A stretch of 62,864 nucleotides of DNA from Chiloscyllium plagiosum (GCF_004010195.1 NC_057757.1:834041-896904); one strand, 5' to 3'. Counted from the stretch's first letter, positions 1-12,570 are shown. Notes: generated from the sequence alone by a model not told the origin. Numbers and translations are program-made.

Positions 1-104
1 GATCTCCACGGGGAGGGATCCCCCCCCCCCCACCCTCTCCCTTCCAGCAGCAGGATTCACTGTCGAGCTCACTGTGACCAGATGACCATCTGAACGTGAT
101 GGGG

Positions 105-1897
105 TCAGTCTGGTAAGGGAGCTGTTGCTGTGTGGTCTCTGTGAGGAGGGACAATTGCTACAGGATCACTGTGGAGGGGGGTCATGGTTACGCAGTCACT
201 GGGGAGAGACCCTTCCTCGCCAGCACAAACCAGCAGCAGCTCCTCCGAATACACGACTGGATCAGGATCAGGATCGGGATCGGGATCGGGATCGGGGAGA
301 ATGGAGTCTCTCACCTCCACTAGCCGGCCTGTGGTCAGCTTTCCAGCCTGGAATTGGACCGAGCTACTGTTCAGCTCGGGTCCATGTGCCGGTCTTGCTG
401 ATGGTCCCTGTCTCCGGTGAGTGCCCGCTGGGTGAGGTCGGGGTGTCAGCTGGCACCGACCACTGCTGGAATTCCTGGCGGGATCTCTCTGTGCACCCAG
501 ACCAGCTGGTGCCCTGGGATCCTCACGGGAATCACCAACCAATGGGGAAGATAAGATCTGTCGGTTGTTGGTTGAGACTCTGACGGGATCCCCTCTGTCT
601 GTTTCTGGAGAGGGATTCCCTAGGAAGGCGGGAGGTGATTGGCTGAGGTGTTTTGGGGAAACCAGATCCTTTCCTTTCCGTTTATCCAATACATAATCAA
701 TGATGGCATCTGCCTCTTTGGTACCCAGGCGGTACTGGAGATGGTTTCTATTGGCCAACGTGGAGTGTAATGGGATTTTCCTCTCTTTGACAGCCAATGG
801 GATTTGGGCATGCTTTCCCTTCTCTTCAACAGCCAATGAGGGCTGGAGCTGCTTTTGCTTGCTGGCAATCGGCCAATGGGCATCCATCCTCTTCAGATCC
901 ACTGGCCATTGGACCTGTTTTGGCTTGCTGGCCTCTGGGCAATGGACAGGCTTGACCCTCTCATCAGCATCCAATAAGAAATGGACCTGTTTGACTTTGA
1001 CTTTGGTGCGCGGTGGGTAATGGGCAGGACTTTCACCGATGGCCAATGGTTGAGGGGCAAGCTTCCGAGTGACAGCCAATGGTTGATGAGTTTGCTGGTC
1101 ACCGGCAACCAGTGGATGACGGCTCTGCCTCTTCCTGTCTCGAGCAGCCAATGGCTGATGCCCATTCGCTGCCTGCCGTCTCCCCTCACGTTCCGGGCGC
1201 TCTGTGGGATCTCGGGGAGGGTTGAGGTGATTGGCTCCAGGTCCGGTAACCAAGTGGCCGAGACGATCCCGTGGGGGAGCCAATGTCCTGGTATCCCCCT
1301 GGCCTGGAGCTTGGTGTCGGAGGGGTTCCTGGCTCCTTCTACTCCGAGCCGGATGGCCGTCCGCGGATCTGGCCCGGGACCGGATCTCCCCGGGGATCCG
1401 ATTGTGTTTCCGACTCCTCGAGTGTGACTCTGAATCGGAGGCGCCTCTCCGAGTGAGGTCGGGACCTGCACTTGGACGGGAGACGGGGAGAATCCTGGAG
1501 GAATCGGACCCCTCGTCCACTCGTTCCGAACGGCGTTCCCGCTTCCGACCGGCTCCTTCCCTGGCTCTTTCTGCCGCCTGGAGCCCGTCAGTCTTCTGGG
1601 GATGGGGCATTGGCCTGGCTCCAGGAACATCCTCATTGAGGGTCTGGAATGCCTCATCGACATGACCCAGGATGCGCTCGGGAAACGGCCTACTTCCCAG
1701 TCGCTCCTGATCCCGCTGAGAAACGTTGTGGCCCCTCTCCCCTGCTCCACGCTCCGAACCCCCATCGGGGCAGCCATCCCCCTTGTACCATCCAGCATCT
1801 GCCTCCAACTCACTCCACACGAGGGGCTGGCGCGACCGCGGTCGACCGTGCCGGGGAAATTCCCGCCGCACAGGACGATCCCAGTGATCCAGTGAAT
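105..1897 (-). CDS. CCDC50-like protein, last coding exon (exon 6; long low-complexity/repetitive region, stop TGA at 105-107)
   Basis: Pyrimidine-rich acceptor (ctctctcctatctgccag) before 1897. Phase-1 junction G|AT gives D-SLDHWDRP..., in frame with the 626-aa ORF, which is open to TGA. Internal splicing cannot be excluded. Confidence 0.7.
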
Positions 1898-2035
1898 CTG
1901 GCAGATAGGAGAGAGGAGGAGAGTTATTCCTGAAACCCACCCTTGTCCTCCAAATGTTCGGAAATGATGAGGAGCAAAGTGACATTGAGGGCTCCCACCA
2001 CCCCCCCCGGCCCCTGTCCGGGGAACGTTAATTAC

Positions 2036-2138
2036 CATCATCGCTGTTCCCCGTCGTGGACTCCTTCCGATCTTCATGGTCCTCGCTATGTCGGCCCCTC
2101 TCTCTCCTCTCCAACCTCCGTGACCTGCTGCTGCTGAC
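2036..2138 (-). CDS. CCDC50-like coding exon 5 (VSSSRSRRLERRERG...GNSD)
   Basis: ttgcag acceptor and G|gtaatt donor; 103 nt, phase 0 to phase 1, linking exon 4 to the terminal exon in frame. Confidence 0.7.
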
Positions 2139-2199
2139 CTGCAAACCAAGGAGCAGAGTTTAAAACCAGAGTGATCTCTTACCCTGAATCCAACCACCA

Positions 2200-3320
2200 G
2201 TGAGGATCAGGAGCAGGAATCTTCCCTAACCCAGGGCTCACTGGGACAGTGATCAGGATTCCTGCCTAACCCAGGGCTCAATGGGACAGTGATCAGGATT
2301 CCTCCCTAACCCAGGGCTCACTGGGACAGTGATCAGGATTCCTCCCTAACCCAGGGCTCACTGAGACAGTGATCAGGAATCCTCCCTAACCCAGGGCTCA
2401 CTGGGACAGTGATCAGGAATCCCCTCTAACCCAGGGCTCACTGGGACAGTGATCAGGAATCCTCCCTAACCCAGGGCTCACTGGGACAGTGATCAGGAAT
2501 CTTCCCTAACCCAGGGCTCACTGGGACAGTGAACAGGAATCCCCCCTAACCCAGGGCTCATTGGGACAGTGATCAGGGCAGCAATCCTTCCTAATCCAGG
2601 CCTCACTGGGACAGTGATCAGGAATCCCCTCTAACCCAGGCCTCACTGGGACAGCGATCAGGAATCCTCCCTAACCCAGGGCTCACTGGGACAGTGATCA
2701 GAAATTCTCCCTAACCCAGGGCACACTGGGACAGTGATCAGGAATCCCCCTTAACCAAGGGCTCACTGGAACAGTGATCAGGAATCCCCCCTAACCCAGG
2801 CCACACTGGGACAGTGATCAGGAATCCCTGGGACAGTGATCAGGAATCCTCCCTAACCCAGGGCTCACTGGGACAGTGATCAGGAATCCCCCTAACCCAG
2901 GGCTCACTGGGACAGTGATCAGGAATCCTCCCTAACCCAGGGCTCACAGGGATAGTGATCAGGAATCTCCCCTCACACAGGGCTCACTGGGACAGTGATC
3001 AGTAATCCCCCCTCACCCAGTGCTCACTGGGACAGTGATCAGGAATGCTCCCTAACCCAGGGCTCACTGGGACAGTGATCAGGAATCTCAGACTAACCCA
3101 GGGCTCACTGGGACAGGGATCAGGAATCCTCCCTAACCCAGGCCACACTGGGACAGTGATCAGGAATCCTCCCTAACCCAGGGTTCACTGGGACAGTGAT
3201 CAGGAATCCTCCCTAACCCAGGGCTCACTGGGACAGTGATCTGAAATCCCCCCTAACCCAGGGCTCACTGGGACAGTGAGCAGGAATTCCCCCCGTAACC
3301 CAGAGCTCACTAGGACAGCG
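2200..3320. repeat. Minisatellite, ~40-bp unit (CCTCCCTAACCCAGGGCTCACTGGGACAGTGATCAGGAAT), in a CCDC50-like intron
   Basis: More than 20 near-identical tandem units. Confidence 0.95.
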
Positions 3321-3589
3321 ATGGGAAGGTATAATCAGGTCCTGTCCTCTAGCACCAGCACTGCCTATCACACAGACAAGACCAGCAGGGGCTCAGGGAG
3401 AACACATGGTCAATCCTTGCCAAAACATTATTAGCTGGGAGTGACCCTGCACGTGCCCAAAAAGATTGTGTGTTCAAGGTGCATTCCAGGGATCCGAGCA
3501 CAAATCCAGACAGACTGTCCCAGTGTCAGACTGAGTAACACACCACGACCAGGGGATCATACTGTGCACACTTTCAGAATATGGGGTCA

Positions 3590-3720
3590 ACACTGGGGGA
3601 GCACTTGCACTGTCAGAGGGTCAGTGCAGACTTAGTGCCGCACTGTCGGAGGGTCAGCGCTGAGGGAGCGCCGCACTGTCGGAGGGTCAGCGCTGAGGGA
3701 GCGCCGCACTGTCGGAGCAG
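3590..3720. repeat. Short run of the ~31-bp GCACTGTCGGAGGGTCAGTGCTGAGGGAG satellite
   Basis: Same unit as at 13.2 kb and 26.5 kb. Confidence 0.85.
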
Positions 3721-4052
3721 CTGTTTTTCAGATGTGAACACGACCCTGAGATGAGGTCCACTTTCCGAGGTGAGTGTTGAAGATCTGAAGGCACTATTGA
3801 GGAAGGGATGGTGAGTTCACACCCACGACCTGGGGCTAACCATTGACACTTTAGCTAATTGTCCTAAAAACAGGTGAGCGGGATCATTGGCACACCACAA
3901 TCTTTGGGATTCAGCCGTACACAAACATGCTGCTGATATTGCTGGTGAGCGCACTGCCTTGTGTTGACATGTCCTTATGTTGGGGATGGTGCTACAGAAT
4001 TCTAGAGTCTGACCTCGAGCACTCCGGCCCCAATGGTTGGTGATAATCTCAC

Positions 4053-4143
4053 CTCTGTGTGCAGGAGCCTCTGATGTTGGCTGGCTTCCTTTTGCTGTTG
4101 TTCCTCCTGGATTGTCTGGGGATAATCACTCTGCATGTTCTGA
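4053..4143 (-). CDS. CCDC50-like coding exon 4 (QNMQSDYPQTIQEEQQQKEASQHQRLLHTE)
   Basis: tttttcctggacag acceptor and GAG|gtgaga donor; 91 nt, phase 2 to 0; Q/E-rich coiled-coil-like sequence. Confidence 0.75.
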
Positions 4144-4760
4144 CTGTCCAGGAAAAAGGCACGGGTTAAAATTCCCTCATGGCCCACAGACACGACACCG
4201 AGCTCTAACGAGATCGTTGTGCCCCTCACAGTGGAAGGGCTGTGTGCTTCCTGGTGACTACTGTAGAAACTCACCAAGGCTCCTTCCAAATCCATCACCA
4301 CTTCCATCTAGGAGGACATGGGCAGCAGATCCATGGGAACACCACCCCCTGAGAGCTCCGCTCTGAAACACTCACCATCCTGACCTAAAAACCAGGAGCA
4401 GGAGTAGGCCGTCCGGCCCTTTGAACCTGCTCCGCCATTTCCATAAGATCATGGTTGATCTCTTCATGGCCTCAGCTCCACTTAGCCGCCCTCTCACCAT
4501 ATCCCTTAACTCCTTTATTGTTCAAAAAAAAATCTACCTTAGCTTTAAAAACATTTACTGAAGTAGGGTTCAACTACTTCACTGGGCAAGGAATTCCACA
4601 GGTTAACAGCTCTCTGGGTGATGATGTTCCTTCTCAATTCAGTCTGAAATCTGCTCCCTCTAATCTGGAGGCTATTGTACTAGTTTCACTGCTTCTCTAC
4701 TTCCACCTTACCGATTCCCTTCATAATTTTATATGTTTCTGTAAGATTCCCCCTCATTTT

Positions 4761-5035
4761 TAGATTAGATTACTTACAGTGTGGAAACAGGCCCCTCGGC
4801 CCACCAGGTCCCTCCGAAGAGCAACCCACCCATACCCCTACACCTAACACTAAGGGCAATTTAGCATGACCAATTCACCTAACCTGCACATTTTTGGACT
4901 GTGGGAGTAAACCAGACAAAACCCACGCAGACACGGGGAGAATGTGCAAACTCCACACAGACAGTCACCTGAGGCGGGAATTGAACCCAGGTCTCTGGCG
5001 CTGTGAGGCAGCAGTGCTAACCACTGTGCCACCGT
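4761..5035 (-). mobile_element. tRNA-derived V-SINE (HE1-like)
   Basis: A/B-box head GGTGGCACAGTGGTTAGC...GGTTCAATTCC, V-domain TGTGTGGAGTTTGCACATTCTCCCC, and (TCTAA)n-like tail. Confidence 0.85.
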
Positions 5036-5039
5036 GTAT

Positions 5040-7400
5040 TCCAATGAATACAATCCCAGTCTACTCAACCTCTCCTCAAAAGCCAACCCCCTCAGCTCCC
5101 AGAATCAAGCTAGTGAACCCCCTCTGCACCTTCTCCAGCACCAGTACATCAATCATTTCTCAAGTAAGGAGACCAAATCTGCACACTGTACTCCAGATGT
5201 GGCCTGACCAGCACCTTGTACAGCTGTAACATTACCTCTCTGCTTTTAAACTCAACCCCTTTAGCAATGAAGGACAACATTCCATTTGCCTTCCTAATTA
5301 CTTGTTGTACCTGCAGACCAACCTTCTGCGATTCATGCACAAGGACACCCAGGTCCCTCTGCACAGCAGCATGCTGCAATGTTTTACCATTCAAGTAATA
5401 ATCTGTTTTACTGTTACCCCTACCAAAAAGTATGACTTCACATTTACTAACATTGTATTCCATCTGCCAGACCTTTGCCAACTCACTCAATATATCTATG
5501 TTCCTGTACAAAGTTTCGCAGTCCCCTGCACACTTTGCTCTGCCACGCATCTTCGTGTCATCGGCAAATTTTGACACCGTACGTGTGGTCCCCAATTCCA
5601 AATCATCTATATAACTTACAAATAATTGTGGTCCCAACACCGATCCCTGAGGCACACCACTAGTCACTGATTGCCATCCAGGATCGCACTCATTTATCCC
5701 CACTCTTTGCTTTCCATCAATCAACCAATCCTCTAACACGCTAATATTCTATCCCTAACACCATGCACCCTTATCTTATGCAGCAGCTTTATGTGTGACA
5801 CCTTGTCAAAGGCCTTTTGGAAATCTAGGTACACCACCTCCACTGGGTCCCCATTAGCCACCTTGCTTGAAATGTCTTCATAGAATTCCAAAAGTTTGTG
5901 AAGCATGACCTGCCCTCATGAACCCATATGGTGTCTGTACAATGGGACAATTTTTATTGAGATGCCTTGCTAGTTCTCCTTGATAATAGACTCAAGCATC
6001 TTCCCCACTACAGATGTTATGCTCACTGGTCAATAATTCCCCATGTTTTGTCTACTTTCCTTTTTAAACAGTGGTGTCACATTTGCTATTTACCAATCTG
6101 TTGGAACTGCGTCAGAGTCCAGTGAATGTTGGAAAATTACCACCAGTCCATCTGCTATTTCTCCTGCCATTTCTTTTAGTACCCTGGGATGCATTCCATC
6201 AGGGCTAGGAGACTTATCTATCCTTAGATCCATTAACTTACCCAACACTAGCTCTTTCTTAATAATGATTATTTCCAGGCCCTCACCTACATTCATCTCT
6301 TTGTCACTTACTGGCACGTTATTAGTATCCTCCACCAATGCAAGCACCTGTTCAATACCTCAGCCATTTCATCATATTCCATAACTAACTGCACTTTCTC
6401 ATCCTCTAATGGGCCAACATTAAGATGAGATGAGATTAGATTCTCTACAGTGTGGAAACAGGCCCTTCAGCCCAACAAGTCCACACCGACCCTCTGAAGA
6501 GCAACCCACCCAGACCCATTCCCCTACATTTACCCCTTCACCTTACACTATGGGACAATTTCCCATGTAATCTGCACATCTTTGGACTGTGGGAGGAAAT
6601 TGGAGCACCCGGAGGAAACCCACGCAGACACTGGGAGAATGTGCAAACTCCACACAGTCAGTTGCCTGAGGCAGGGATTGAACCTGGGTCCCCTGGCGCT
6701 GTGAGGCAGCAGGGCTAACCACTGAGCCACCGTGCCACCCCATTTACTTTCGCCAGTCTTCTTTTTTTTATATATAACTTTTGCGATCGGTCTTTATAAT
6801 TCAGTGCTAGTTTTTTTTTCTCATGTTGGATCTTACGTTTCTTTAAAGCTCTTTTTGTGGCTTTCTGTTGACCTTTAAAGTTTTCCCAACCTTCTAGTTT
6901 TCCGCTGATCTTGGCCACTGTATCTGCCTCCTCTCTCACTTTGATAGTCTCCCTTATTTCCTTCACCACCCGGGGCGGATTACCCCTTTTCTTACACTCC
7001 TTCCTTTTCACTGGAATATACTTTTGCTGAGCACTTTGAAAAATTGCTTGGAAAGTCCTCCACTGGTATTCCTCCATAAAATCTTTCTTTCCAGTCTACT
7101 TTAGTCAAGCCCTCCCTCATTCTAATGCAGTTCCCCTTGTTTAAGCACAGGACCTTGGTATTGGATTTTTATCCTCACACTCTCCATCTGTATTCTAAAT
7201 TCAATCACTCCATCCAAGAGGATCCCTTACTGTGAGGTCATTAATTATTCCAATCCTCATGACACAGGACCAGATCTAGGACAGCTTGCTCCCTCGTCGG
7301 TTCCATTACACACTGTTCAAGAAAACTATCACAGCCACACTCAATGAGCTCCTCCTCAAGGCTACCCTGACTGAGCTGGTTCGACCAATCAACATGCAGG
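5040..7400 (-). mobile_element. Degenerate CR1-clade LINE ORF2 (RT) remnant, with a SINE inserted at about 6430-6740
   Basis: GVPQGSVLGP, SKFADDTK, KSPSPDGMHPRVLKE and LVRPHLEY motifs in broken frames. Confidence 0.9.
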
Positions 7401-7439
7401 TTTCACAAGGAGAATCCCAGAACCTGGCACCCAGGCAGC

Positions 7440-8600
7440 TGAAGGCACTGCCAGCAGTGAGGGAGCGGTGGGAATCGCGGGATGGTCAAGGGGCTGGAAT
7501 TGAAGGGGGTTACAGAGATAGGGAGGGGAGTGTNNNNNNNNNNNNNNNNNNNNNNNNNNNNNNNNNNNNNNNNNNNNNNNNNNNNNNNNNNNNNNNNNNN
7601 NNNNNNNNNNNNNNNNNNNNNNNNNNNNNNNNNNNNNNNNNNNNNNNNNNNNNNNNNNNNNNNNNNNNNNNNNNNNNNNNNNNNNNNNNNNNNNNNNNNN
7701 NNNNNNNNNNNNNNNNNNNNNNNNNNNNNNNNNNNNNNNNNNNNNNNNNNNNNNNNNNNNNNNNNNNNNNNNNNNNNNNNNNNNNNNNNNNNNNNNNNNN
7801 NNNNNNNNNNNNNNNNNNNNNNNNNNNNNNNNNNNNNNNNNNNNNNNNNNNNNNNNNNNNNNNNNNNNNNNNNNNNNNNNNNNNNNNNNNNNNNNNNNNN
7901 NNNNNNNNNNNNNNNNNNNNNNNNNNNNNNNNNNNNNNNNNNNNNNNNNNNNNNNNNNNNNNNNNNNNNNNNNNNNNNNNNNNNNNNNNNNNNNNNNNNN
8001 NNNNNNNNNNNNNNNNNNNNNNNNNNNNNNNNNNNNNNNNNNNNNNNNNNNNNNNNNNNNNNNNNNNNNNNNNNNNNNNNNNNNNNNNNNNNNNNNNNNN
8101 NNNNNNNNNNNNNNNNNNNNNNNNNNNNNNNNNNNNNNNNNNNNNNNNNNNNNNNNNNNNNNNNNNNNNNNNNNNNNNNNNNNNNNNNNNNNNNNNNNNN
8201 NNNNNNNNNNNNNNNNNNNNNNNNNNNNNNNNNNNNNNNNNNNNNNNNNNNNNNNNNNNNNNNNNNNNNNNNNNNNNNNNNNNNNNNNNNNNNNNNNNNN
8301 NNNNNNNNNNNNNNNNNNNNNNNNNNNNNNNNNNNNNNNNNNNNNNNNNNNNNNNNNNNNNNNNNNNNNNNNNNNNNNNNNNNNNNNNNNNNNNNNNNNN
8401 NNNNNNNNNNNNNNNNNNNNNNNNNNNNNNNNNNNNNNNNNNNNNNNNNNNNNNNNNNNNNNATAGGGAGGGGGTGTAGGGGCTGGAGGGGATTACAGAG
8501 ATAGGGAGGAGGTGTAGGGGCTGGAGGGGATTACAGAAATAGGGAGGGATGTAGGGGCTGGAGGGGGTTACAGAGATAGGAAGGGGGTGTATGGGGGAGG
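7440..8600. repeat. G-rich minisatellite (GGAGGGGGTTACAGAGATAGGGAGGGGGTGTAGGGGCT family) spanning an N-gap
   Basis: Units on both sides of the gap at 7534-8462. Confidence 0.75.
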
Positions 8601-8903
8601 GGAGGTGTCAATCACTGGATTTTAAGGAATCAGAATCTTGAGGAAGATGGTTTGAGAGAGGCCCCAATGGGCTGAATGGCCTCTTCCTTCCCACCGGAGA
8701 GGAGGAACGAGTGGGAGCACAGGAAGACCGAGTTCAAAAGGCCTCTGGATTCTGCAGGGTTTGTTCCTTTAGCCGACTGAGTCATAGCGAGGCCATGGCT
8801 ACTCAATACGAGGAGGAAGCAGAGCCTGGTGTCTGCAGCCAGCAATGGCCCTGTCCCTTCCTCCCTGTGCTGTTCCCTCCTCTCTCCCTTGCCCAAGCCT
8901 CAC

Positions 8904-9033
8904 GTGTATTTGTGCAGCTTCCATCGGAGTTGCCTGCTCCTCTCATCCTCCTGCTCCTGCAGTTTCCTTGCCAGCTCGAGATTGAGGCGAACCCCCTGGC
9001 TCTTCAGTTTGTTGGCGGAGAGATGCTGCTGAA
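8904..9033 (-). CDS. CCDC50-like coding exon 3 (IQQHLSANKLKSQGVRLNLELARKLQEQEDERSRQLRWKLHKYT)
   Basis: attacag acceptor and AC|gtgagg donor; resembles CCDC50 [29 protein letters not shown]. Confidence 0.85.
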
Positions 9034-9753
9034 CTGTAATAGGATTCAGAGAGGGAATTAAATCACTGAGACAGACAGATAGACAGACACACACCCAGAT
9101 TCACCCCCAGACCCAGACGCACGCTCACCCCCAGACCCAGACATAGCCAGCCACAAACACTGATCCAGGCACAGACACGTACACCCCACTACAGATGTAA
9201 TCATACAGACACTCATTCTTCGATACAGGCACAGCTCCAACCATTCCCCAACACAGACCCCAACTCCATATACATTCACAGTCCCGCACTCTCTCAGCCC
9301 CCAAAACAAGCATGAATACCAGCTCAAATAAGCACAAACACACACACCTCAATACAAGCATTAATCACACCCTCAAATATCCACATAGAGGCATCAGTAC
9401 ACACCCACATTCCATCACACGCAAACACATGAGTGTTCGTGCACACACACACACACAATACAGGCCTAAATACGACAGTGGCATCAACAATGATGCATGC
9501 TGATACAGGCGTGTCACTCCTGTACATTGATACAGGCATAAACAGGTGGAAATGCAAACATGCACTGACCTCATCACAGGCATAACTGATACAGGCACAG
9601 ATTGCCTGCATAGGCACAGGCATGAAGAAGAGATAAAAATGATCTGATACAGGCACTAATATACAGCAAGACAACACAGGCAGGCACAGAGACAGGTAGA
9701 CATACACACAGGCACATCTCAGTATGCACATGTGCACACAACCCCATACTCAC

Positions 9754-9816
9754 TCTCTTGCTCCTGTAGCACATGGGCCACTGTTTGATCTTCCAGAACC
9801 TGGAATTTTTGGCACA
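9754..9816 (-). CDS. CCDC50-like coding exon 2 (VCQKFQVLEDQTVAHVLQEQE)
   Basis: ttgcag acceptor and A|gtgagt donor; 63 nt; closely matches the CCDC50 N-terminal motif [21 protein letters not shown]. Confidence 0.88.
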
Positions 9817-10472
9817 CTGCAAGTGGAAAAGACAGGAATGGAGTAATGCTGAAATTCAGGCTCAGCTTCTTGAAGTCAGCACAAAGGTACATCGAGCACA
9901 GGCCTGAGAAGGGTGACCCCTCTGATCACTGCTCATTCAAACAATCACTCCCCATACCCACAGTCCTGACAGGGAAGCACTGAGCAACACAACAGCTCAA
10001 CTACAGTCAGCAACAGGTAAGAGAAATCTTCAGTTTCTCAACGCTGTTTTCAAATATCCCATGAGCTCGCTCCATATCTCTGTCACCTCCTCCAGCCCCT
10101 ACATCCCCCTCCCTCCCTATCTCTGTCACCTCCTCCAGCCCCTACACCCCTCCCTACCTCTGTAACCCCTCCAATTCCAGCTTCTTGACCATTCCCCGAT
10201 TCCCATCGCTCCACCATTGCGGGCCGTGCTTTCAGCTGTCTGGGCCCCAGGCTCTGGAACTCTCTCTCTCTTTAGATACACTCCTTAAAAATCAACCTCT
10301 TGTCTTACTGTCTCTAAATGGGAAGCTTTACTATGTTGACAGCTACATAAATACATGTCATTGATAACGAGTAAAAACGTTTAAATGAAATAGTTGGTTT
10401 GTATTGAATTTCATCCACCGTTCCCAAGATTCCCTGCAAACCTTTGTAGTCAATTTAAAGTTTAATTCTTAC

Positions 10473-10512
10473 CGTCTTGGACTCGATTCTGTCCCATCTC
10501 CCCATTCTCCAT
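10473..10512 (-). CDS. CCDC50-like first coding exon (MENGEMGQNRVQD)
   Basis: ctatcag acceptor (exon starts 10518), ATG at 10512, G|gtaaga donor; phase 1 joins to VCQKF. Confidence 0.7.
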
Positions 10513-11469
10513 CAAGTCCTGATAGCCGCCAAAGGATTAACAGGAAGGTGAGGGCTCATTGCATGGTGACAGTCTGTCCAATCCAGCTACAAGATCAATA
10601 CTGATCAGATAGCCTGGATCAACTCACTGCCCTCGTCTCAGTCAAATGACCCGAAATACCGAAGGGGTCACCAACACTAATAACAATTCAGTCAGTTCTG
10701 TTTCCTGTAGTTTATAGTAAGGTTAGGTTAATGCATAGTTAAGTGACCAAATGCTCAGTTATTGGCATTCAGTTGGAGTTACTGAAGTTAGTATTTTCTT
10801 GATTTAGTTACTACATTTCAATAAGTTACTGCAGCTGAGGTTTGGTTATTCACTGCAAGTTAGTTTCGCTGGCTATATTCCATCTTGTACTTTATTTCTG
10901 TAGATTACTGATTCACATGCCAGCATTAAGAGATCAATCATTCATGATTCGGTACCGGAGTTTGATCAGTTACGACAACTTAATAACTCAGAATTAATTT
11001 TAACAGCTTGATAACATCTACCAGCAGGTTAGTTACTGTCACTAAAAACTGGATTGGTTAATTCTAGTTTAATGAAGAATTCCAACAACAAAATAACTAA
11101 ATGGTTCCAATCCTTCGATTTGTCAGTGATTTCATGATTGGATCAAAGTAACCAAAGGTTTAGTGACAAATTCCAGCAGTTTGATCGGTTCCACTAGTTG
11201 AGCGATTAGTTAGTGATGCCAAGCTGTAGTTTAACAATTAGTTTAGTTAGTTTAGTTAGTTAGAGTTGAATTAGTGACAGTGGGAGGTAAATCAGTTCTG
11301 AGGAGGGAGGGGGGTGATTGGGAAACATTTCTCTGTGTCCACACAGACGCTGCTGTTTCTCCAGGTAACCTCCTGGTTTGCAGTTACTTTCAGGGTTGTT
11401 TTTGTAGCTGGTTATCCCCCGGGTTGGCTCAGCTCCCCAGGATCACTGAGGAAACCTCTTGCTGCAGGT

Positions 11470-12570
11470 GAAGGCCGGGTTCCTGCGGTTTATCCGACGC
11501 CGAGGCTCGGCTCCGGCTCCGGCTCCTTCCCGTGTCCCTGGGCCGGGTTTCTCGCTGTCTCCGTACCCGCCCCTCGGTGTGAGGATCCTCTGCCTCGGCC
11601 CTGAGGCCTCTCACTCCGAGCCTGAGCGGAAGGCCTCACCTGCGGGAGGGGGGCGGGGCTAGTGTCAGGACTCCACCGGAACGGGGGCGGGGCAGGAATG
11701 AAGGGGCGGGGCAGGAATGAAAGGGCGGGGCNNNNNNNNNNNNNNNNNNNNNNNNNNNNNNNNNNNNNNNNNNNNNNNNNNNNNNNNNNNNNNNNNNNNN
11801 NNNNNNNNNNNNNNNNNNNNNNNNNNNNNNNNNNNNNNNNNNNNNNNNNNNNNNNNNNNNNNNNNNNNNNNNNNNNNNNNNNNNNNNNNNNNNNNNNNNN
11901 NNNNNNNNNNNNNNNNNNNNNNNNNNNNNNNNNNNNNNNNNNNNNNNNNNNNNNNNNNNNNNNNNNNNNNNNNNNNNNNNNNNNNNNNNNNNNNNNNNNN
12001 NNNNNNNNNNNNNNNNNNNNNNNNNNNNNNNNNNNNNNNNNNNNNNNNNNNNNNNNNNNNNNNNNNNNNNNNNNNNNNNNNNNNNNNNNNNNNNNNNNNN
12101 NNNNNNNNNNNNNNNNNNNNNNNNNNNNNNNNNNNNNNNNNNNNNNNNNNNNNNNNNNNNNNNNNNNNNNNNNNNNNNNNNNNNNNNNNNNNNNNNNNNN
12201 NNNNNNNNNNNNNNNNNNNNNNNNNNNNNNNNNNNNNNNNNNNNNNNNNNNNNNNNNNNNNNNNNNNNNNNNNNNNNNNNNNNNNNNNNNNNNNNNNNNN
12301 NNNNNNNNNNNNNNNNNNNNNNNNNNNNNNNNNNNNNNNNNNNNNNNNNNNNNNNNNNNNNNNNNNNNNNNNNNNNNNNNNNNNNNNNNNNNNNNNNNNN
12401 NNNNNNNNNNNNNNNNGCTAATATCGGGGCGGGGGCTAGACTGGGGGGGCGGGGCTGGTGTCGGGGGGGTGCGCGACTGTAAGGGGCGGGGTTAGCATTG
12501 AGGGCGTGGTCACCATCAGTGGGCGGGGCCCGTGCCTGTGGGCGGAGACCAGTCGCGGGACGCGGTCTTT
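11470..12570 (-). promoter_or_regulatory. CpG/GC-box-rich promoter and probable non-coding first exon of the CCDC50-like gene (interrupted by an N-gap)
   Basis: High CpG density, many GGGGCGGGG (Sp1-type) boxes, and a minus-strand CAG|gtgagg donor at 11640/11639. Confidence 0.6.

Noticed and set aside
105..1985. 626-aa ORF as a stand-alone single-exon gene starting at 1985
   Set aside because: Its first ~30 codons fall in a short GT-AG intron (1898-2035); the frame is better explained as the last exon of the CCDC50-like gene
893..2197. 434-aa overlapping minus-strand ORF
   Set aside because: Alternative frame of GC-rich coding sequence that crosses an intron; incompatible with the upstream exon phase
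2200..3320. CRISPR-like array or telomeric repeat (contains CCCTAA)
   Set aside because: No unique spacers, vertebrate context, and only one CCCTAA per 40-bp unit: an ordinary minisatellite
4960..5035. tRNA genes (A/B boxes here and in other copies)
   Set aside because: These are SINE heads joined to a V-domain and tail, not complete cloverleafs
7286..8504. Long ORFs spanning N-runs (also 11662-12495, 33810-34536, 55929-56525)
   Set aside because: Artefacts of assembly gaps
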